64,000 bases of DNA from Cyanobacteriota bacterium (GCA_046052125.1 JBJOMY010000005.1:128001-192000); one strand, 5' to 3'. Shown: positions 11,817 to 22,997, counted from the stretch's first letter. Program-made: numbers and translations. Notes: generated by a model from the letters alone, not told the origin.

Positions 11817-12365
11817 ATGGAATTCCGCCGCCATCCCCATGGATTTGGCCGCTGGCTCACCGGTCTGCTCGCCGGTCTCTGGCTGCTGCTGCTCGCCCTG
11901 CCCGCCCAAGCTCTCGACACCAGCTCCGGTGTGGGGCTTCAGGATCGCGCCCTGTTCCAGGACACGGTGGATTACACCCTCACCAACCAGAGCGGCAAGA
12001 ACTTCTCCGGCCAGCAGCTGGCCAACACCTCCTTCGCCGGCGCCGTTGGCAAGGGCGCCAACTTTGCAGGGGCAAACCTGCACGGGGCGATCTTCACTCA
12101 GGGGGCCTTCCCCGAGGCCGACTTCAGCGGCGCTGACCTGAGCGATGTGCTGCTGGATCGCACCGACATGAGCCACACCAACCTGCGCAATGCCCTGCTG
12201 ATCGGTGTGATCGGCGCTGGAGCCAGCTTCACCGGCGCCGATGTCACCGGTGCTGACTTCAGCGATGCCTTGATCGACCGGGTTGATCAGCGCCAGCTCT
12301 GCACCCGGGCCAGCGGCACCAACCCCGTGACTGGGGTAGACACCCGCGCCAGCCTCGGCTGCTAG
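11817..12365 (+). CDS. Exported/lumenal pentapeptide repeat protein
   Basis: Signal peptide, A(D/N)(F/L)xx repeats, C-terminal CxxASGTNPVTGVDTRASLGC. Confidence 0.9.
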   Translation: MEFRRHPHGFGRWLTGLLAGLWLLLLALPAQALDTSSGVGLQDRALFQDTVDYTLTNQSGKNFSGQQLANTSFAGAVGKGANFAGANLHGAIFTQGAFPEADFSGADLSDVLLDRTDMSHTNLRNALLIGVIGAGASFTGADVTGADFSDALIDRVDQRQLCTRASGTNPVTGVDTRASLGC

Positions 12366-13759
12366 CGCTCAAGCCAGCCCCGCAGCTTCCCGGGATTCAG
12401 CAAGCCCGAGGGGTCGTAAAGGGCCTTGGCCGCCACCTGTTCGGCGTCTATGCCCCCCAGGCCTCCGTCCTCCACAGTGATCGCGTGGGGGTTGAACAGC
12501 AGGCAGCCGAGATCGCAGGCGTGCTCGATCAGGGTTTGCAACTCCTCGCGGCCGCGCCAGCGCACCAGAGGCAAACAGGCCAGCCGCTGCTGCCCCTGGG
12601 CGCGCACGGCCTCCAGATGCCAGAGGAGATCGTCGCCCCAACGCTCCCGCAAGGCCGACAGCACGGGAGCCTCCGGCTGCGGCAGCAGCAACTGCAGATA
12701 GGTGAAGGCCGGATCGTGGGCGCGGGCGTGCAGGGTGGTGTGGTTCCAGCACAGCTCCCGTAGGGGAATGCCACGGCTCTGGCCCTGGGGCGCCTGCCAG
12801 ATCAAGCGGGCACCCCAGCGGGGCAACAGCGCCTCAAGAGCCGGCAAAGCATCGGGGGCCGCCAGCACCAGCAGGCGGTGCCCATCGGCCGAAGCCGCCG
12901 GGCAACCCTGCGGCGAAGGCAACAGCCGGGCCACCGCAGCTTCCACCGCACACAGAGCATTGAGCAGCAGAGCCGCGGCCGGCAGCTGCTGGGCTGCCGC
13001 CAGGGCCGACTCCCAGGAGGGGAACTCCAACACCAGTTGCTGCCAGGGCACGGCGGCGGCGCTGGCCATGGTGACCGCGGTGATGATGCCGTTGCAGCCG
13101 TAGGCGTGGTTCACCGCCTGGGCGGCGGTGGCATCGAGCTGCAGCAGGCGCGGCTCCGCTTCCAGAGTGACAATCTCCAACCCCAGCAGATGGCCGGGGT
13201 CGCGGAGGAACCCCCAGCGCAGCGAGCCGATCCCGCTGGAGCCCCCGGCCAGATAACCAGCCAGGCTGGCGCTGCGCACGGTGCTGGGCAGCAGGCGCAG
13301 CTCGCGGCCATGGGCCTGCAGCTGCTGCTCCAGATCAGCCAGAAGGATGCCCGCTTCAGCGGTAAAAACGCCGCTGCCGGCCTCCACGTGCCGCAAGCGA
13401 TTCATGGCACTCAGCTCCAGCACCAGTCCACCCGCCAGGGGAATGGCCTGGCCGTAGTTGCCCGTGCCGGCTCCCCTCAGGGTGAGGCTCACCCCGTGAC
13501 GCGCGCAGGCAGCCGCCACCGCCAGAACCTCGTCGCTGCTGCTGGCGCGCACCCCCACCTGGGGCCGCAGCCCCTGCAGCAAGGGCTGCAGCACAGGCGA
13601 ATACACAAAGGCATCGGCAGCGAGCTGCTCGAGTTCACCGCTGCTGCGCAATGGCATCAGCCCCGCGGCTCGCAGATCAGCGGCGAGCTGCTCCAGCTTC
13701 TCAGGGCTGGCCGGCTGCGGCAGGGGCTGGGGCAGAGCGCTGGGCAGCAACAGGGCCAT
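12362..13759 (-). CDS. FAD-binding oxidoreductase (GlcD/VAO-like)
   Basis: RGAGTGNYGQ FAD loop; C-terminal DPSGLLNPGK. Confidence 0.88.
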   Translation of the reverse strand: MALLLPSALPQPLPQPASPEKLEQLAADLRAAGLMPLRSSGELEQLAADAFVYSPVLQPLLQGLRPQVGVRASSSDEVLAVAAACARHGVSLTLRGAGTGNYGQAIPLAGGLVLELSAMNRLRHVEAGSGVFTAEAGILLADLEQQLQAHGRELRLLPSTVRSASLAGYLAGGSSGIGSLRWGFLRDPGHLLGLEIVTLEAEPRLLQLDATAAQAVNHAYGCNGIITAVTMASAAAVPWQQLVLEFPSWESALAAAQQLPAAALLLNALCAVEAAVARLLPSPQGCPAASADGHRLLVLAAPDALPALEALLPRWGARLIWQAPQGQSRGIPLRELCWNHTTLHARAHDPAFTYLQLLLPQPEAPVLSALRERWGDDLLWHLEAVRAQGQQRLACLPLVRWRGREELQTLIEHACDLGCLLFNPHAITVEDGGLGGIDAEQVAAKALYDPSGLLNPGKLRGWLER

Positions 13760-13766
13760 CAGGGGC

Positions 13767-15062
13767 TCAGGGGGCAGCAGGAAGCCCCAGGCTGGCAAGG
13801 CTTGGCGTCGGCTGCTCGGCGATCGCGGGCGGCAGCCACTGGCCCGCGCGCAGCACCCGCCGCTGCGGGGGGCGCGCTAGCAACTCGCTCCAACTGCTGG
13901 CACTCGTTATTAAGAGATCCGCAGGCGCTCCATGGCGCACGATGCCGTCCCAAGTCAGCGCGAGCATTCGCGATGGCACGGTCGTGAAGGGCGTCAGCCC
14001 CTGGCGCTGCCAGGGGGGGCAATGCGCCACGCGGCTGGCGAACCGCAACAACTCCAACGGATCGAAATCACCGCCGGGATCCCAGGGATCCTGCACGTTG
14101 TCGCCGCCCACGGCCACGGCCACACCCGCCCGCTGCAGTTGCCGCACCGGAGCCAGCGGCCGCTGGGCGAGATCCTGATCCCCGCAGCGGCCGAGCAGCC
14201 AGAAGTTGGTGGTGGGTAGAGCCACCACCGCTACCTGCCGCTGGGCCAGTCGATCCGCCAGCCGCTGCTGGGCTGCCAGAGGAAGCAGGCCCATGCTGCT
14301 GGCATGGCTGCAGGTGATCGGCACCTCAGGCCGCAGGCGATCCAATTGATCCAACAGCAGGCGAATGCCAAGGCCAGGAGCATCGCCGCTCTCATCCACG
14401 TGCAAATCCACACCGCACCCCAGCTCCTCCGCCAGCTGCAGCAGCGCCTGAAGCGCCTGCGGATCGCGCCGCCCCCGCGGGTACGGCGGCCCCAGCACCC
14501 CACCCAACACCCCGCCGGCTGCAGCCACCCGGCGCGCCAAAGCCTGGCCCTCGGAGCTGCTCCAGTGATCGAGCGGCACGAGAGCCACCAGCTGCAGGTC
14601 CACGCGCCCGCGCCACTGCTGCTGCAACGCCAGCAAGGCTTCCCAACTGGGTTCCGCGGCCGGGCCGCCGCTATCCACATGGCTGCGGATCGCCCGCAGG
14701 CCGTAGCGCCAGGCTTGATCCAGAGCCCGCTCACCCCGTTGGCGGACCTGCTCTGCGCTGCGCTGCTGCCCCTCGTTGAGATTCACCTCAAGGGCAGCAG
14801 CCATGCCGCCGCTGCGATTGGGATGCCCAGCCCAGCTGAAGGCCTTATCGAGGTGGGCGTGGGCCTCCACCGGAGGCGTGATCGCCAGTGGCAGACCCCG
14901 CGCTGAAGGCAGGGGGCGGATGGCTGCGATGCGCCCATCCTCTAGATCCAGCTGCACCGGCAGCAGGCCCTCGGCATCGCCGCAGGGGAGATCCCGCTGA
15001 AGCGGATCGAGCAGCGCGCGCGACAGCTGCACATGCAGGCTGCGCGGCGATTCAGCCCCCAT
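13767..15062 (-). CDS. Cytosine deaminase-like amidohydrolase
   Basis: HAHLDK, LHVDES, SHA, GGDNVQDPW metal-binding motifs. Confidence 0.88.
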   Translation of the reverse strand: MGAESPRSLHVQLSRALLDPLQRDLPCGDAEGLLPVQLDLEDGRIAAIRPLPSARGLPLAITPPVEAHAHLDKAFSWAGHPNRSGGMAAALEVNLNEGQQRSAEQVRQRGERALDQAWRYGLRAIRSHVDSGGPAAEPSWEALLALQQQWRGRVDLQLVALVPLDHWSSSEGQALARRVAAAGGVLGGVLGPPYPRGRRDPQALQALLQLAEELGCGVDLHVDESGDAPGLGIRLLLDQLDRLRPEVPITCSHASSMGLLPLAAQQRLADRLAQRQVAVVALPTTNFWLLGRCGDQDLAQRPLAPVRQLQRAGVAVAVGGDNVQDPWDPGGDFDPLELLRFASRVAHCPPWQRQGLTPFTTVPSRMLALTWDGIVRHGAPADLLITSASSWSELLARPPQRRVLRAGQWLPPAIAEQPTPSLASLGLPAAP

Positions 15063-15462
15063 GGCTCGATGCGCTGAGCATCAGCAGCTGACCTGCAGCC
15101 CCGAGGGTGAGAACGCTGTAGCGCGGCAGGGTGAGACCCGGAAGCAGGGTCTGTCCACCCAGCTGGGTGCTGTAGAGGCTGAACAGGCCCGCGTTGGTGC
15201 GGCGGCTGCCGGCCAGAGCCAGCTGGCCCAGGGCAGCCTGCTGGCTCTGGATCAGCTCCGAGCAGTTCTGGATCAGCAGGCGAGCCACCATCGGCAGGCC
15301 GCCATTGCTGCAGAGCTCCTCGTCGGCGAGTTGCACCAACTGCTCGCCAGCGAACGCCTCGAACTCCTGCTCGCCTGGATTCGTCGCCACCAGGGCTCCG
15401 CCGAGCAGCAGCACCGCGATCCCCCAGCCCCATGGCCTGCTCGAACCGCCGCGCCAGTCCAT
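15052..15462 (-). CDS. DUF4359-type cyanobacterial protein
   Basis: TM segment then TNP...F..FA, two Cys, RRTNAGLFSLYST. Confidence 0.75.
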   Translation of the reverse strand: MDWRGGSSRPWGWGIAVLLLGGALVATNPGEQEFEAFAGEQLVQLADEELCSNGGLPMVARLLIQNCSELIQSQQAALGQLALAGSRRTNAGLFSLYSTQLGGQTLLPGLTLPRYSVLTLGAAGQLLMLSASSHGG

Positions 15463-15501
15463 CCGGAGCTTCAACTCACCTTGATAGGATCGCGCAGCCC
15501 T

Positions 15502-15575
15502 GGCGGGCGTAGCCAAGTGGTTAAGGCACCGGATTGTGATTCCGGCATTCGGGGGTTCAAGTCCCCTCGTCCGCC
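15502..15575 (+). tRNA. trnH: tRNA-His(GTG)
   Basis: Encoded G-1, anticodon arm CCGGA-TTGTGAT-TCCGG, C discriminator. Confidence 0.97.
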
Positions 15576-15582
15576 CCTGAAC

Positions 15583-15617
15583 GAAGCCCCTGTCACTCCC
15601 TGAGTGGCAGGGGCTTC
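15583..15617. terminator. Long hairpin between convergent tRNA-His and DUF1611 gene
   Basis: GAAGCCCCTGTCACTC-cct-GAGTGGCAGGGGCTTC (16-bp stem, one G-U pair); no clear U tract. Confidence 0.6.
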
Positions 15618-16686
15618 ACCCTTTGGCGAGCAGCGCATCCAGCAGGCCCTCGGCTCCGGAACGCACGGGATCGAGCACCGGCAGACCGGTTTCACGGGCC
15701 AGCCGTTGCGCCTGCTCAGCCGCAGCTTCGGCATCCAACAACGCTGTATTGAGGGCAACGGCCCGCACCCGCGGCCGCAGGCCATCGGGACGCCCCAGGG
15801 CCGCCAAGGCTTCGCAGGCAGCGATCAGCTCTGGCAGCGGCGGAATCGCCACGGGCTCCGCGCCAGGCCGAGTGCGCACATGGCTCTGACCAGCCCGGTG
15901 CACCAGCAGCAAATCCGTGGGCTGACTGCCGCGCATCAACGGCAGCGTGGCCGTGGAGCCGGGATGGGCCAACGAGCCCTGGCCCTCCACCAGCACCAGA
16001 GCCTCTGGGCCAGCCCCTTCCGCTGCAGCGAGCACCGCCGCCTCCACAGCACCACCGGCGTAATCCACCCGCACGGCATCCAGCGCCACCCCCTGGCCGC
16101 TGATCAGGATCCCGGCCTGACCGGTGCCCACGAAGCGCGCATCGATGCCGCGCCGTTGCGCCGCGGCGTGCAGCTCCAGGCAGGCGCTCATCTTGCCCAC
16201 GGCCATATCTGACCCCACCGCCAAAACGCGGCGGCAGGGCAACTGGGCGCAACGGGCCGTGGCCACCTCCAGATCCGCCGGCTCCTGGCGCAGATCCCAG
16301 ATCCACTGCTCTTGCGCCAGGGGCAGCGAGGCGAACTCCGGATCTTCAGCCAGGCGGCTGTGCAGACCGCTGGCCAAGCTCACCCCTGCCCGCAGCGCAG
16401 TCACCACATCAGCGCGCATCTCCGCAGGCAATCGGCCACCGGATGGCGCCAAACCCACCACCGCCACCGCAGGCCCGTAGGCCAGGGCAGCGGCCATGTC
16501 CTCCACCACCGGCACAGACCGTTCAATACCTGTGATCGCCCTCAGATCAGCTCCGGCATGGGCAGGATCAATCACCGCCACGATCGGCCCCTGGCGGTAG
16601 CGCAGCATCGCCAGACCGGTTTTGCCCGAGAGGTTGTCGAGACCGCCGTGCTGCAGCAACACCAGCGGAGCGTCGGCGCTGAGCAT
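15616..16686 (-). CDS. DUF1611 family P-loop protein (DgcN-like)
   Basis: GKTG, GSDMAVGKM, GTGQAG, VEGQGSL. Confidence 0.88.
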   Translation of the reverse strand: MLSADAPLVLLQHGGLDNLSGKTGLAMLRYRQGPIVAVIDPAHAGADLRAITGIERSVPVVEDMAAALAYGPAVAVVGLAPSGGRLPAEMRADVVTALRAGVSLASGLHSRLAEDPEFASLPLAQEQWIWDLRQEPADLEVATARCAQLPCRRVLAVGSDMAVGKMSACLELHAAAQRRGIDARFVGTGQAGILISGQGVALDAVRVDYAGGAVEAAVLAAAEGAGPEALVLVEGQGSLAHPGSTATLPLMRGSQPTDLLLVHRAGQSHVRTRPGAEPVAIPPLPELIAACEALAALGRPDGLRPRVRAVALNTALLDAEAAAEQAQRLARETGLPVLDPVRSGAEGLLDALLAKG

Positions 16687-17750
16687 CAGCCCACCTCCTG
16701 CAGTTGCTGAGCGCCAAGGCCTTGCCGCTCCGCCGGCTGGAGCAGATCCCCGTGGCGCTCGGGGCCGGCGAAGGGATCGTCAACCAAGTTGAGGTGGCTA
16801 TCGAGATCGGGCCAGCGCACCAGTGGCAATAGCTGGGCGGCTGCGCTGTTCAGAAGGCCGCCATCGGAATAGCAACCGAGCATCACCCCCAGCCCCAACC
16901 GGCGCGCCGTGCGAGCCATCAGCAAGCCCTCGCTGAGCCCACCGCACTTCACCAACTTGATGTTGATGCCATCCACGTGGGGGGCCAGACGCAGCAGATC
17001 CCGCAGATCCCAGCAGCTCTCATCGGCCACCAGCGGAATCGGTGCCAAGCCCTTCAGGGCCGCAAAGCCAGCGGTATCCGCCTCACGATCGTTCTGCGGT
17101 GGCAGGGGCTGCTCCACCAGCACCACCTCCTGATCCGCCAGCCAGGGGATCATCTGCCGGGCTCCTTCGAGCGTCCAGCCGCCATTGGCATCGATCTGCA
17201 GTTCATCGCCGGGGCGCAACGCGGCGCGCACCGCTTGCACCAAGGCGCGGTCGTGGTCGAGGCCATCGGGAGATCCCAGCTTGAGCTTGATGCGGGTGGA
17301 GGGCAGTTGCAGCCGCCAGCGCTCAAGCCGCGCCAGCACCGCCGAGGGCTCCCCAAGCCCGAGGGTGACGCTGGTGGCGACACAGGCTCCCGGATCCAGC
17401 CCCCAGAGCCGGTGCAGCGGCTGCTCCAAGCGCTGCCCCCACCAATCGTGCAAGGCCAGATCAAGGCCGCAGCGCGCCGGTGGACTGAGGGCCGCCAGCA
17501 GCGGTTCGAGCGCCTGCAGCGGCTGGGGCTCGAGGCACTCCAGCTGCGGCGCCAGGTGTTCCAGTTCCGCCGCGATCGCGTCCGTGCTGAAGGCGCGATG
17601 ACCCGTGTCGAAGCCGCCGGTTTCACCCCGGCCGATCCGCCCCTCGTGCTCCAGCTCCACCAGCAGATGCTCCACAGCCGTGGTGGTGCCGCGGCTGATC
17701 GCCAGAGGCACGGCCTTGGTCAGCGGAAAGCGATGCAGGCGAAGGCGCAT
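16686..17750 (-). CDS. Enolase-superfamily dipeptide epimerase (DgcA-like)
   Basis: ISRG, KLKLG, DANGGW, EQP, ADES, NIKLVKCGG, DLD. Confidence 0.9.
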   Translation of the reverse strand: MRLRLHRFPLTKAVPLAISRGTTTAVEHLLVELEHEGRIGRGETGGFDTGHRAFSTDAIAAELEHLAPQLECLEPQPLQALEPLLAALSPPARCGLDLALHDWWGQRLEQPLHRLWGLDPGACVATSVTLGLGEPSAVLARLERWRLQLPSTRIKLKLGSPDGLDHDRALVQAVRAALRPGDELQIDANGGWTLEGARQMIPWLADQEVVLVEQPLPPQNDREADTAGFAALKGLAPIPLVADESCWDLRDLLRLAPHVDGINIKLVKCGGLSEGLLMARTARRLGLGVMLGCYSDGGLLNSAAAQLLPLVRWPDLDSHLNLVDDPFAGPERHGDLLQPAERQGLGAQQLQEVG

Positions 17751-17854
17751 AGCCCCTCGGCGCTCTCATCAAGCTGGCACAGATCGGCCGCGCCAGCAGC
17801 TGGGCGGCAACACCCCTTGCACGCCCTCAACCAGCGATACCGGAAACTGGAGCG

Positions 17855-19252
17855 ATGACGGCGACACAACTCAGCGCACCCCCCGCACCGACGGCGGCAG
17901 AGAGCGGGCGCGGCAGCTACTGGATCACCACCTTCGGCTGCCAGATGAACAAGGCGGATTCCGAGCGGATGGCCGGGATCCTCGAATCGATGGGCTATCG
18001 CGAAGCCCAGGCCGAGCTCGAGGCCGATCTGGTGCTCTACAACACCTGCACAATCCGCGATAACGCCGAGCAGAAGGTTTACAGCTACTTAGGCCGTCAG
18101 GCGCAGCGCAAACGCAGCAACCCCAACCTCACCCTGGTGGTGGCCGGCTGCGTAGCTCAGCAGGAAGGCGAATCGCTGCTGCGGCGCGTGCCCGAGCTGG
18201 ATCTGGTGATGGGGCCGCAGCACGCCAACCGCCTCGATGTGCTGCTGGCTCAGGTGGAGCAGGGCCAGCAGGTGGTGGCCACCGAAGAGCACCACATCCT
18301 TGAAGACATCACCACCGCCCGCCGCGACAGCACGATCTGCGGCTGGGTGAACGTGATCTACGGCTGCAACGAGCGCTGCACCTACTGCGTGGTGCCCTCT
18401 GTGCGCGGTAAGGAGCAATCCCGCCTGCCGGAGGCGATCAAGCTCGAGATGGAAGGGCTGGCCGCCCAGGGGTTCAAGGAGATCACTCTGCTGGGCCAGA
18501 ACATCGATGCCTATGGCCGTGATCTCCCCGGCATCACGCCGGAGGGTCGCCGCCAGCACACCCTCACCGATCTGCTGCAGTTCGTGCACGACGTGAAGGG
18601 GATCGAGCGGATCCGCTTCGCCACCAGCCACCCGCGCTATTTCACCGAGCGGCTGATCGATGCCTGCGCTGATCTGCCAAAGGTGTGCGAACACTTCCAC
18701 GTCCCCTTCCAGAGCGGCGACGACGACGTGCTCAAGGCGATGGCCCGCGGCTACACGGTGGATCGCTACCGCCGCATCATCGAGCGCATCCGCGAGCGCA
18801 TGCCCGATGCCTCGATCAGCGCCGATGTGATCGTGGCCTTCCCCGGTGAAACTGACGCCCAATACCGCCGCACCCTCGATCTGATCGAGGAGATCGGCTT
18901 CGATCAGGTAAACACCGCCGCCTATTCCCCCCGCCCCAACACCCCCGCCGCCGATTGGCCGAACCAGCTGAGCGAGGAGGTGAAGGTGGAGCGTCTACGC
19001 GAGATCAATGCGCTGGTGGAGCGGGTGGCCCGGGAGCGAAGTGCCCGCTACGCCGGCCGCACGGAGCAGGTGCTCGTGGAGGGCATCAACCCGAAGGATC
19101 CCGAGCAGGTGATGGGTCGCACCCGCACCAATCGCCTCACCTTCTTCCCCGCCGCCAACAGCGCGGGCGGCCACTGGCAGGCCGGTGATCTGGTGGAGGT
19201 GCGCATCGATGAGGTGCGGCCCTTCTCTCTGAGCGGCACTGCCATTACCTAA
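17855..19252 (+). CDS. miaB: tRNA-i6A37 methylthiotransferase
   Basis: [25 protein letters not shown] radical SAM motif, TRAM domain. Confidence 0.98.
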   Translation: MTATQLSAPPAPTAAESGRGSYWITTFGCQMNKADSERMAGILESMGYREAQAELEADLVLYNTCTIRDNAEQKVYSYLGRQAQRKRSNPNLTLVVAGCVAQQEGESLLRRVPELDLVMGPQHANRLDVLLAQVEQGQQVVATEEHHILEDITTARRDSTICGWVNVIYGCNERCTYCVVPSVRGKEQSRLPEAIKLEMEGLAAQGFKEITLLGQNIDAYGRDLPGITPEGRRQHTLTDLLQFVHDVKGIERIRFATSHPRYFTERLIDACADLPKVCEHFHVPFQSGDDDVLKAMARGYTVDRYRRIIERIRERMPDASISADVIVAFPGETDAQYRRTLDLIEEIGFDQVNTAAYSPRPNTPAADWPNQLSEEVKVERLREINALVERVARERSARYAGRTEQVLVEGINPKDPEQVMGRTRTNRLTFFPAANSAGGHWQAGDLVEVRIDEVRPFSLSGTAIT

Positions 19253-19313
19253 AGCTCCAGGCCTGGTCAGGGCCTGAATCGCTGATACGTTTGGCCTCTC
19301 CTATCCGGTCCCG

Positions 19314-20408
19314 ATGAGCTCCGAACCCACGCAACTCGGCCTGGTGTTCGGAGGGGTGTCCGGTGAACATGCGGTGTCGATCCGTTCGGCGAACACCGTG
19401 GCTTCAGCCCTGCGGCGCGGCGCCAATGCCAGCCGCTACACGCTGAATTGCTTCTACATCGATCAATGGGGGCACTGGTGGCCTCCCGCCGTTGCTGAAG
19501 CCGTGCTGGCCAAGGGAACACCCGCCAGCCGCGCTGAACTTCCCGCCGCGCCGCTGCGCCCTGGCTTCCAGGGATTCCCGGAAGGGGCCATGGATGTGCA
19601 GGTGTGGCTGCCGGTGCTGCATGGCCCCAATGGCGAAGACGGCACGATCCAGGGGCTGTTCAGCCTGATGCAGGTGCCCTTTGTGGGCTCGGGGGTGCTG
19701 GGTTCAGCCGTGGGCATGGACAAGCAGGCGATGAAAGCCGCATTCGCAGCTGCCGGCCTCCCGCAGGTGCCCTATGCCTGCGTGAATGCTCAAGATCTCA
19801 GCACCAATCCCCAGGAGCTGCTGCTGCGCCTCGAGCAACAGCTGGGCTACCCCTGCTTCATCAAACCCGCCAACCTGGGCTCATCGGTGGGCATCAGCAA
19901 AGCCACCAACCGGGGTGAATTGCTGGCGGGCCTGGAACTGGCCGCCAGCCACGACCCCAGGCTGGTGGTGGAGCAAGGGGTGAATGCCCGGGAACTGGAA
20001 TGCGCAGTGCTCGGCGGCCGCAGCATGCAGGCTTCGGTGCTGGGGGAGATCTGCTTCGATGCCGACTGGTACGACTACGACACCAAATACAGCGAGGGCA
20101 AAAGCCACACGGTGATTCCCGCTGACGTGCCCGATCAACTCAGCGAGCGCGCCCGATCGATGGCGATCGCCGCCTGCAGGGCGGTGGCGGCCGAAGGCCT
20201 GGCCCGGGTGGACTTTTTCCTCGATCGCAACAGCGGCGAGCTCTGGCTCAACGAGATCAATACCCTGCCCGGCTTCACCAGCCAGAGCATGTACCCGATG
20301 CTCTGGGAGGCCACTGGGTTACCGCTCGAGGAGCTGGTGCACCAACTCGTGCAACTGGCGCAAGAATCGGGCCAACCGGCAGTCGGGAGGAGGGCTGAAG
20401 CCGCATGA
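19314..20408 (+). CDS. ddl: D-alanine-D-alanine ligase
   Basis: [35 protein letters not shown]. Confidence 0.97.
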   Translation: MSSEPTQLGLVFGGVSGEHAVSIRSANTVASALRRGANASRYTLNCFYIDQWGHWWPPAVAEAVLAKGTPASRAELPAAPLRPGFQGFPEGAMDVQVWLPVLHGPNGEDGTIQGLFSLMQVPFVGSGVLGSAVGMDKQAMKAAFAAAGLPQVPYACVNAQDLSTNPQELLLRLEQQLGYPCFIKPANLGSSVGISKATNRGELLAGLELAASHDPRLVVEQGVNARELECAVLGGRSMQASVLGEICFDADWYDYDTKYSEGKSHTVIPADVPDQLSERARSMAIAACRAVAAEGLARVDFFLDRNSGELWLNEINTLPGFTSQSMYPMLWEATGLPLEELVHQLVQLAQESGQPAVGRRAEAA

Positions 20409-20815
20409 GCCACGGGTTGCTTTGGCTGCCGCTACTGGTGGTCTTCCCGTTGATCACCGCCCTGGGCTGGCTGGAACGGCGCCGGCAGCGGCTGTTTCGC
20501 GACTGGGCTGCCGGCGCCGAACTCTCCAAGCTCGACGACTGCGGCGGCGCCCGATTGGTGAACGGGGTGCTGGCGTGGAGTGTGTTCGAGTCGGGGAAGT
20601 TGGTGGAAAAGGGGCAGTTCGAGGTGAAAACCCTCGAGAAGGTTGAGCTGCTGGCCCTCGGGTCCGGCGAAGCTCCCCTCACCGATGAATCCCAGGGCGC
20701 CTGCCGCCTGCGCCTGATCAGCGGCAGCGAGCACAAGGATGTGCCCTTTGCCGATGCCGATCGAGCCCGCGGCTGGATCGCCGAACTGATGGCGCGCTCG
20801 CGCTGCGAGCTGTGA
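20405..20815 (+). CDS. Conserved membrane-anchored hypothetical protein
   Basis: N-terminal TM; start and stop overlap ddl and ftsQ. Confidence 0.75.
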   Translation: MSHGLLWLPLLVVFPLITALGWLERRRQRLFRDWAAGAELSKLDDCGGARLVNGVLAWSVFESGKLVEKGQFEVKTLEKVELLALGSGEAPLTDESQGACRLRLISGSEHKDVPFADADRARGWIAELMARSRCEL

Positions 20816-21720
20816 CCCGAAGCCCTGCGCGCCCGGTCATTGCTCCAGAGCGGCGCCGGCAACTGCGGCAACAACGCCGTCAAGAACGGCTCAGGCAGCT
20901 CTGGCGCATCAGCCTGTTCAGCGCGGCGGCAGCCGGCCTCGGCTACGGACTGCTGCGGGAAGGCTGGGTACTGCGCAACCCCAATCAGATCGAGGTGTTG
21001 GGCAGCTCTCAGGTGACCCGCGAGCAGGTGATCCGCGAAGCCGAGCTGCGCCTGCCCCAGCCCCTCCTCGGCCTCAAACCCCAGGAGCTCGCCCAGCGCC
21101 TCTCCACCAGCCTTCCCGTAGAGCAGGTGCAGGTGAACCGGCTCATGCTGCCGCCGCGGCTGCGGATCAGCCTGGTGGAACGGGAGGCGGTGGCCCAAGC
21201 CCAGCGGCGCGGCAGCCGAGGGATTGAGCGTGGCTACGTGGATCGGCTCGGCAACTGGATGACCAGCCGCCAGCAACGGGGCAGCGGCACAGCGCGCACA
21301 CCGCAGGTGATGGTGATGGGGTGGCAGGAGCGGCTGCGCACCCCCCTGGCCGATGTGTTGGCGCAGCAGCAGCAGTTGGGCAGCACCCTGCAACAGGTGC
21401 GCTTTGAAACCAATGGCAGCCTCTGGTTGCGCACCGCCGCCCTCGGTGATGTGCATCTCGGCCCCCCCGATGATCGGCTGCCCCGCCGGCTGGAGGTGTT
21501 GCGTCATCTCTCAACCCATTTGCCGAAACAGATCAAAAATCTGAAGATCCAATCGATCGATCTCAGCGATCCCGAGCAGCCTGAACTCGGCCTACCCGGG
21601 AAGAGTCGAATCAGCATCGCCACGCTGCAGCAAGCCACCGCCGCGGCGAACGCGCAGCGCACAGGCAACCGCCCAGCGCCCAATCGCGCCACCGCACCGG
21701 CAAATAGCTCAGTCGATTGA
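20812..21720 (+). CDS. ftsQ: Cell division protein FtsQ/DivIB
   Basis: Basic N-terminus, TM, POTRA-like region, IDL motif; directly upstream of ftsZ. Confidence 0.88.
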   Translation: MTRSPARPVIAPERRRQLRQQRRQERLRQLWRISLFSAAAAGLGYGLLREGWVLRNPNQIEVLGSSQVTREQVIREAELRLPQPLLGLKPQELAQRLSTSLPVEQVQVNRLMLPPRLRISLVEREAVAQAQRRGSRGIERGYVDRLGNWMTSRQQRGSGTARTPQVMVMGWQERLRTPLADVLAQQQQLGSTLQQVRFETNGSLWLRTAALGDVHLGPPDDRLPRRLEVLRHLSTHLPKQIKNLKIQSIDLSDPEQPELGLPGKSRISIATLQQATAAANAQRTGNRPAPNRATAPANSSVD

Positions 21721-21847
21721 TCGCTGCCGTTGGTTACCACCGGCCGTTGCCTTGAGCCCGGCGTGCAAACGGTGACAGGCCATTGCTTCGCCGATCTCGA
21801 CCGGCAAAGGTGTGGCGATTCCTGCGGCTGATCGAACAGATCAACGA

Positions 21848-21853
21848 CATAAT
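21848..21853 (+). promoter_or_regulatory. Candidate -10 element of ftsZ
   Basis: CATAAT hexamer ~20-30 nt before the ATGs at 21873/21885. Confidence 0.45.
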
Positions 21854-21884
21854 GCTGCGCAGCACCACAGGCATGGGACCTTCT

Positions 21885-22997
21885 ATGGAGATCGCAGCTG
21901 AAGGCCTCAGTGCCAGCAGCAACGGAGCGAGCGGGATCGTGCCCAGCCAGTCGGCCCGGATCGAAGTGATCGGCGTGGGCGGTGGCGGCAGCAATGCCGT
22001 GAACCGCATGATCGCTTCCGATCTGCAGGGAGTGGGCTATCGCGTGCTCAACACCGATGCCCAAGCGCTGTTGCAATCAGCTGCCAAGCAACGTGTGCAG
22101 TTGGGGCAGAAACTCACCCGCGGCCTCGGTGCGGGTGGCAACCCTGCAATCGGTCAGAAAGCAGCAGAAGAATCCCGCGCGGATCTCGCCCAGACCCTTC
22201 AGGGCACCGATCTGGTGTTCATTGCTGCCGGCATGGGTGGTGGAACCGGCACTGGTGCGGCGCCCGTGGTGGCCGAAGTGGCCAAAGAGTGCGGCGCCCT
22301 CACCGTGGGCATCGTGACCAAGCCCTTCGGCTTTGAAGGCCGCCGCCGCATGCGCCAGGCCGAAGAGGGCATTGCCCGTCTGTCTGAGCATGTGGACACG
22401 CTGATCGTGATCCCCAACGACCGCCTGCGCGAGGCGATCGCAGGAGCTCCCCTTCAGGACGCCTTCCGCGCCGCCGACGACGTGCTGCGCATGGGTGTGA
22501 AGGGCATCAGCGACATCATCACCAAGCCCGGCCTGGTGAACGTTGACTTTGCCGACGTGCGCTCGGTGATGACCGACGCCGGAACGGCTCTGCTGGGCTT
22601 GGGTGTGGGCTCCGGTCGCTCCCGTGCCACCGAAGCCGCTCAGGCAGCGATCAGCAGCCCCCTGCTGGAAGCCGCCCGCATCGATGGCGCCAAGGGCTGC
22701 GTGATCAACATCTCCGGCGGCAAGGACATGACCCTCGAGGACATGACCACCGCCTCGGAAGTGATCTACGACGTGGTGGATCCTGAGGCGAACATCATCG
22801 TGGGCGCCGTGGTGGATGAACGCCTCGAGGGCGAAATCCACGTGACCGTGATCGCCACAGGCTTTGAAGGTGGTGGCAGCTACCGGCCTGAGCGCAGCAT
22901 CGCCAGCTTTGCCACTGCTGCAACGGCCGCGTCTGAAGCGGATCAGTCGGGTGCATCGATTCCCTCGTTCCTGCTCAATCGCCAACGCGAGAGCTGA
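21885..22997 (+). CDS. ftsZ: Cell division protein FtsZ
   Basis: [17 protein letters not shown] tubulin signature, C-terminal IPSFL; start could be 21873. Confidence 0.98.
   Translation: MEIAAEGLSASSNGASGIVPSQSARIEVIGVGGGGSNAVNRMIASDLQGVGYRVLNTDAQALLQSAAKQRVQLGQKLTRGLGAGGNPAIGQKAAEESRADLAQTLQGTDLVFIAAGMGGGTGTGAAPVVAEVAKECGALTVGIVTKPFGFEGRRRMRQAEEGIARLSEHVDTLIVIPNDRLREAIAGAPLQDAFRAADDVLRMGVKGISDIITKPGLVNVDFADVRSVMTDAGTALLGLGVGSGRSRATEAAQAAISSPLLEAARIDGAKGCVINISGGKDMTLEDMTTASEVIYDVVDPEANIIVGAVVDERLEGEIHVTVIATGFEGGGSYRPERSIASFATAATAASEADQSGASIPSFLLNRQRES

Noticed and set aside
11990..12280. Periodic sequence that could suggest an array
   Set aside because: Explained by pentapeptide repeat coding; no CRISPR-like repeat-spacer pattern was seen anywhere in the window.
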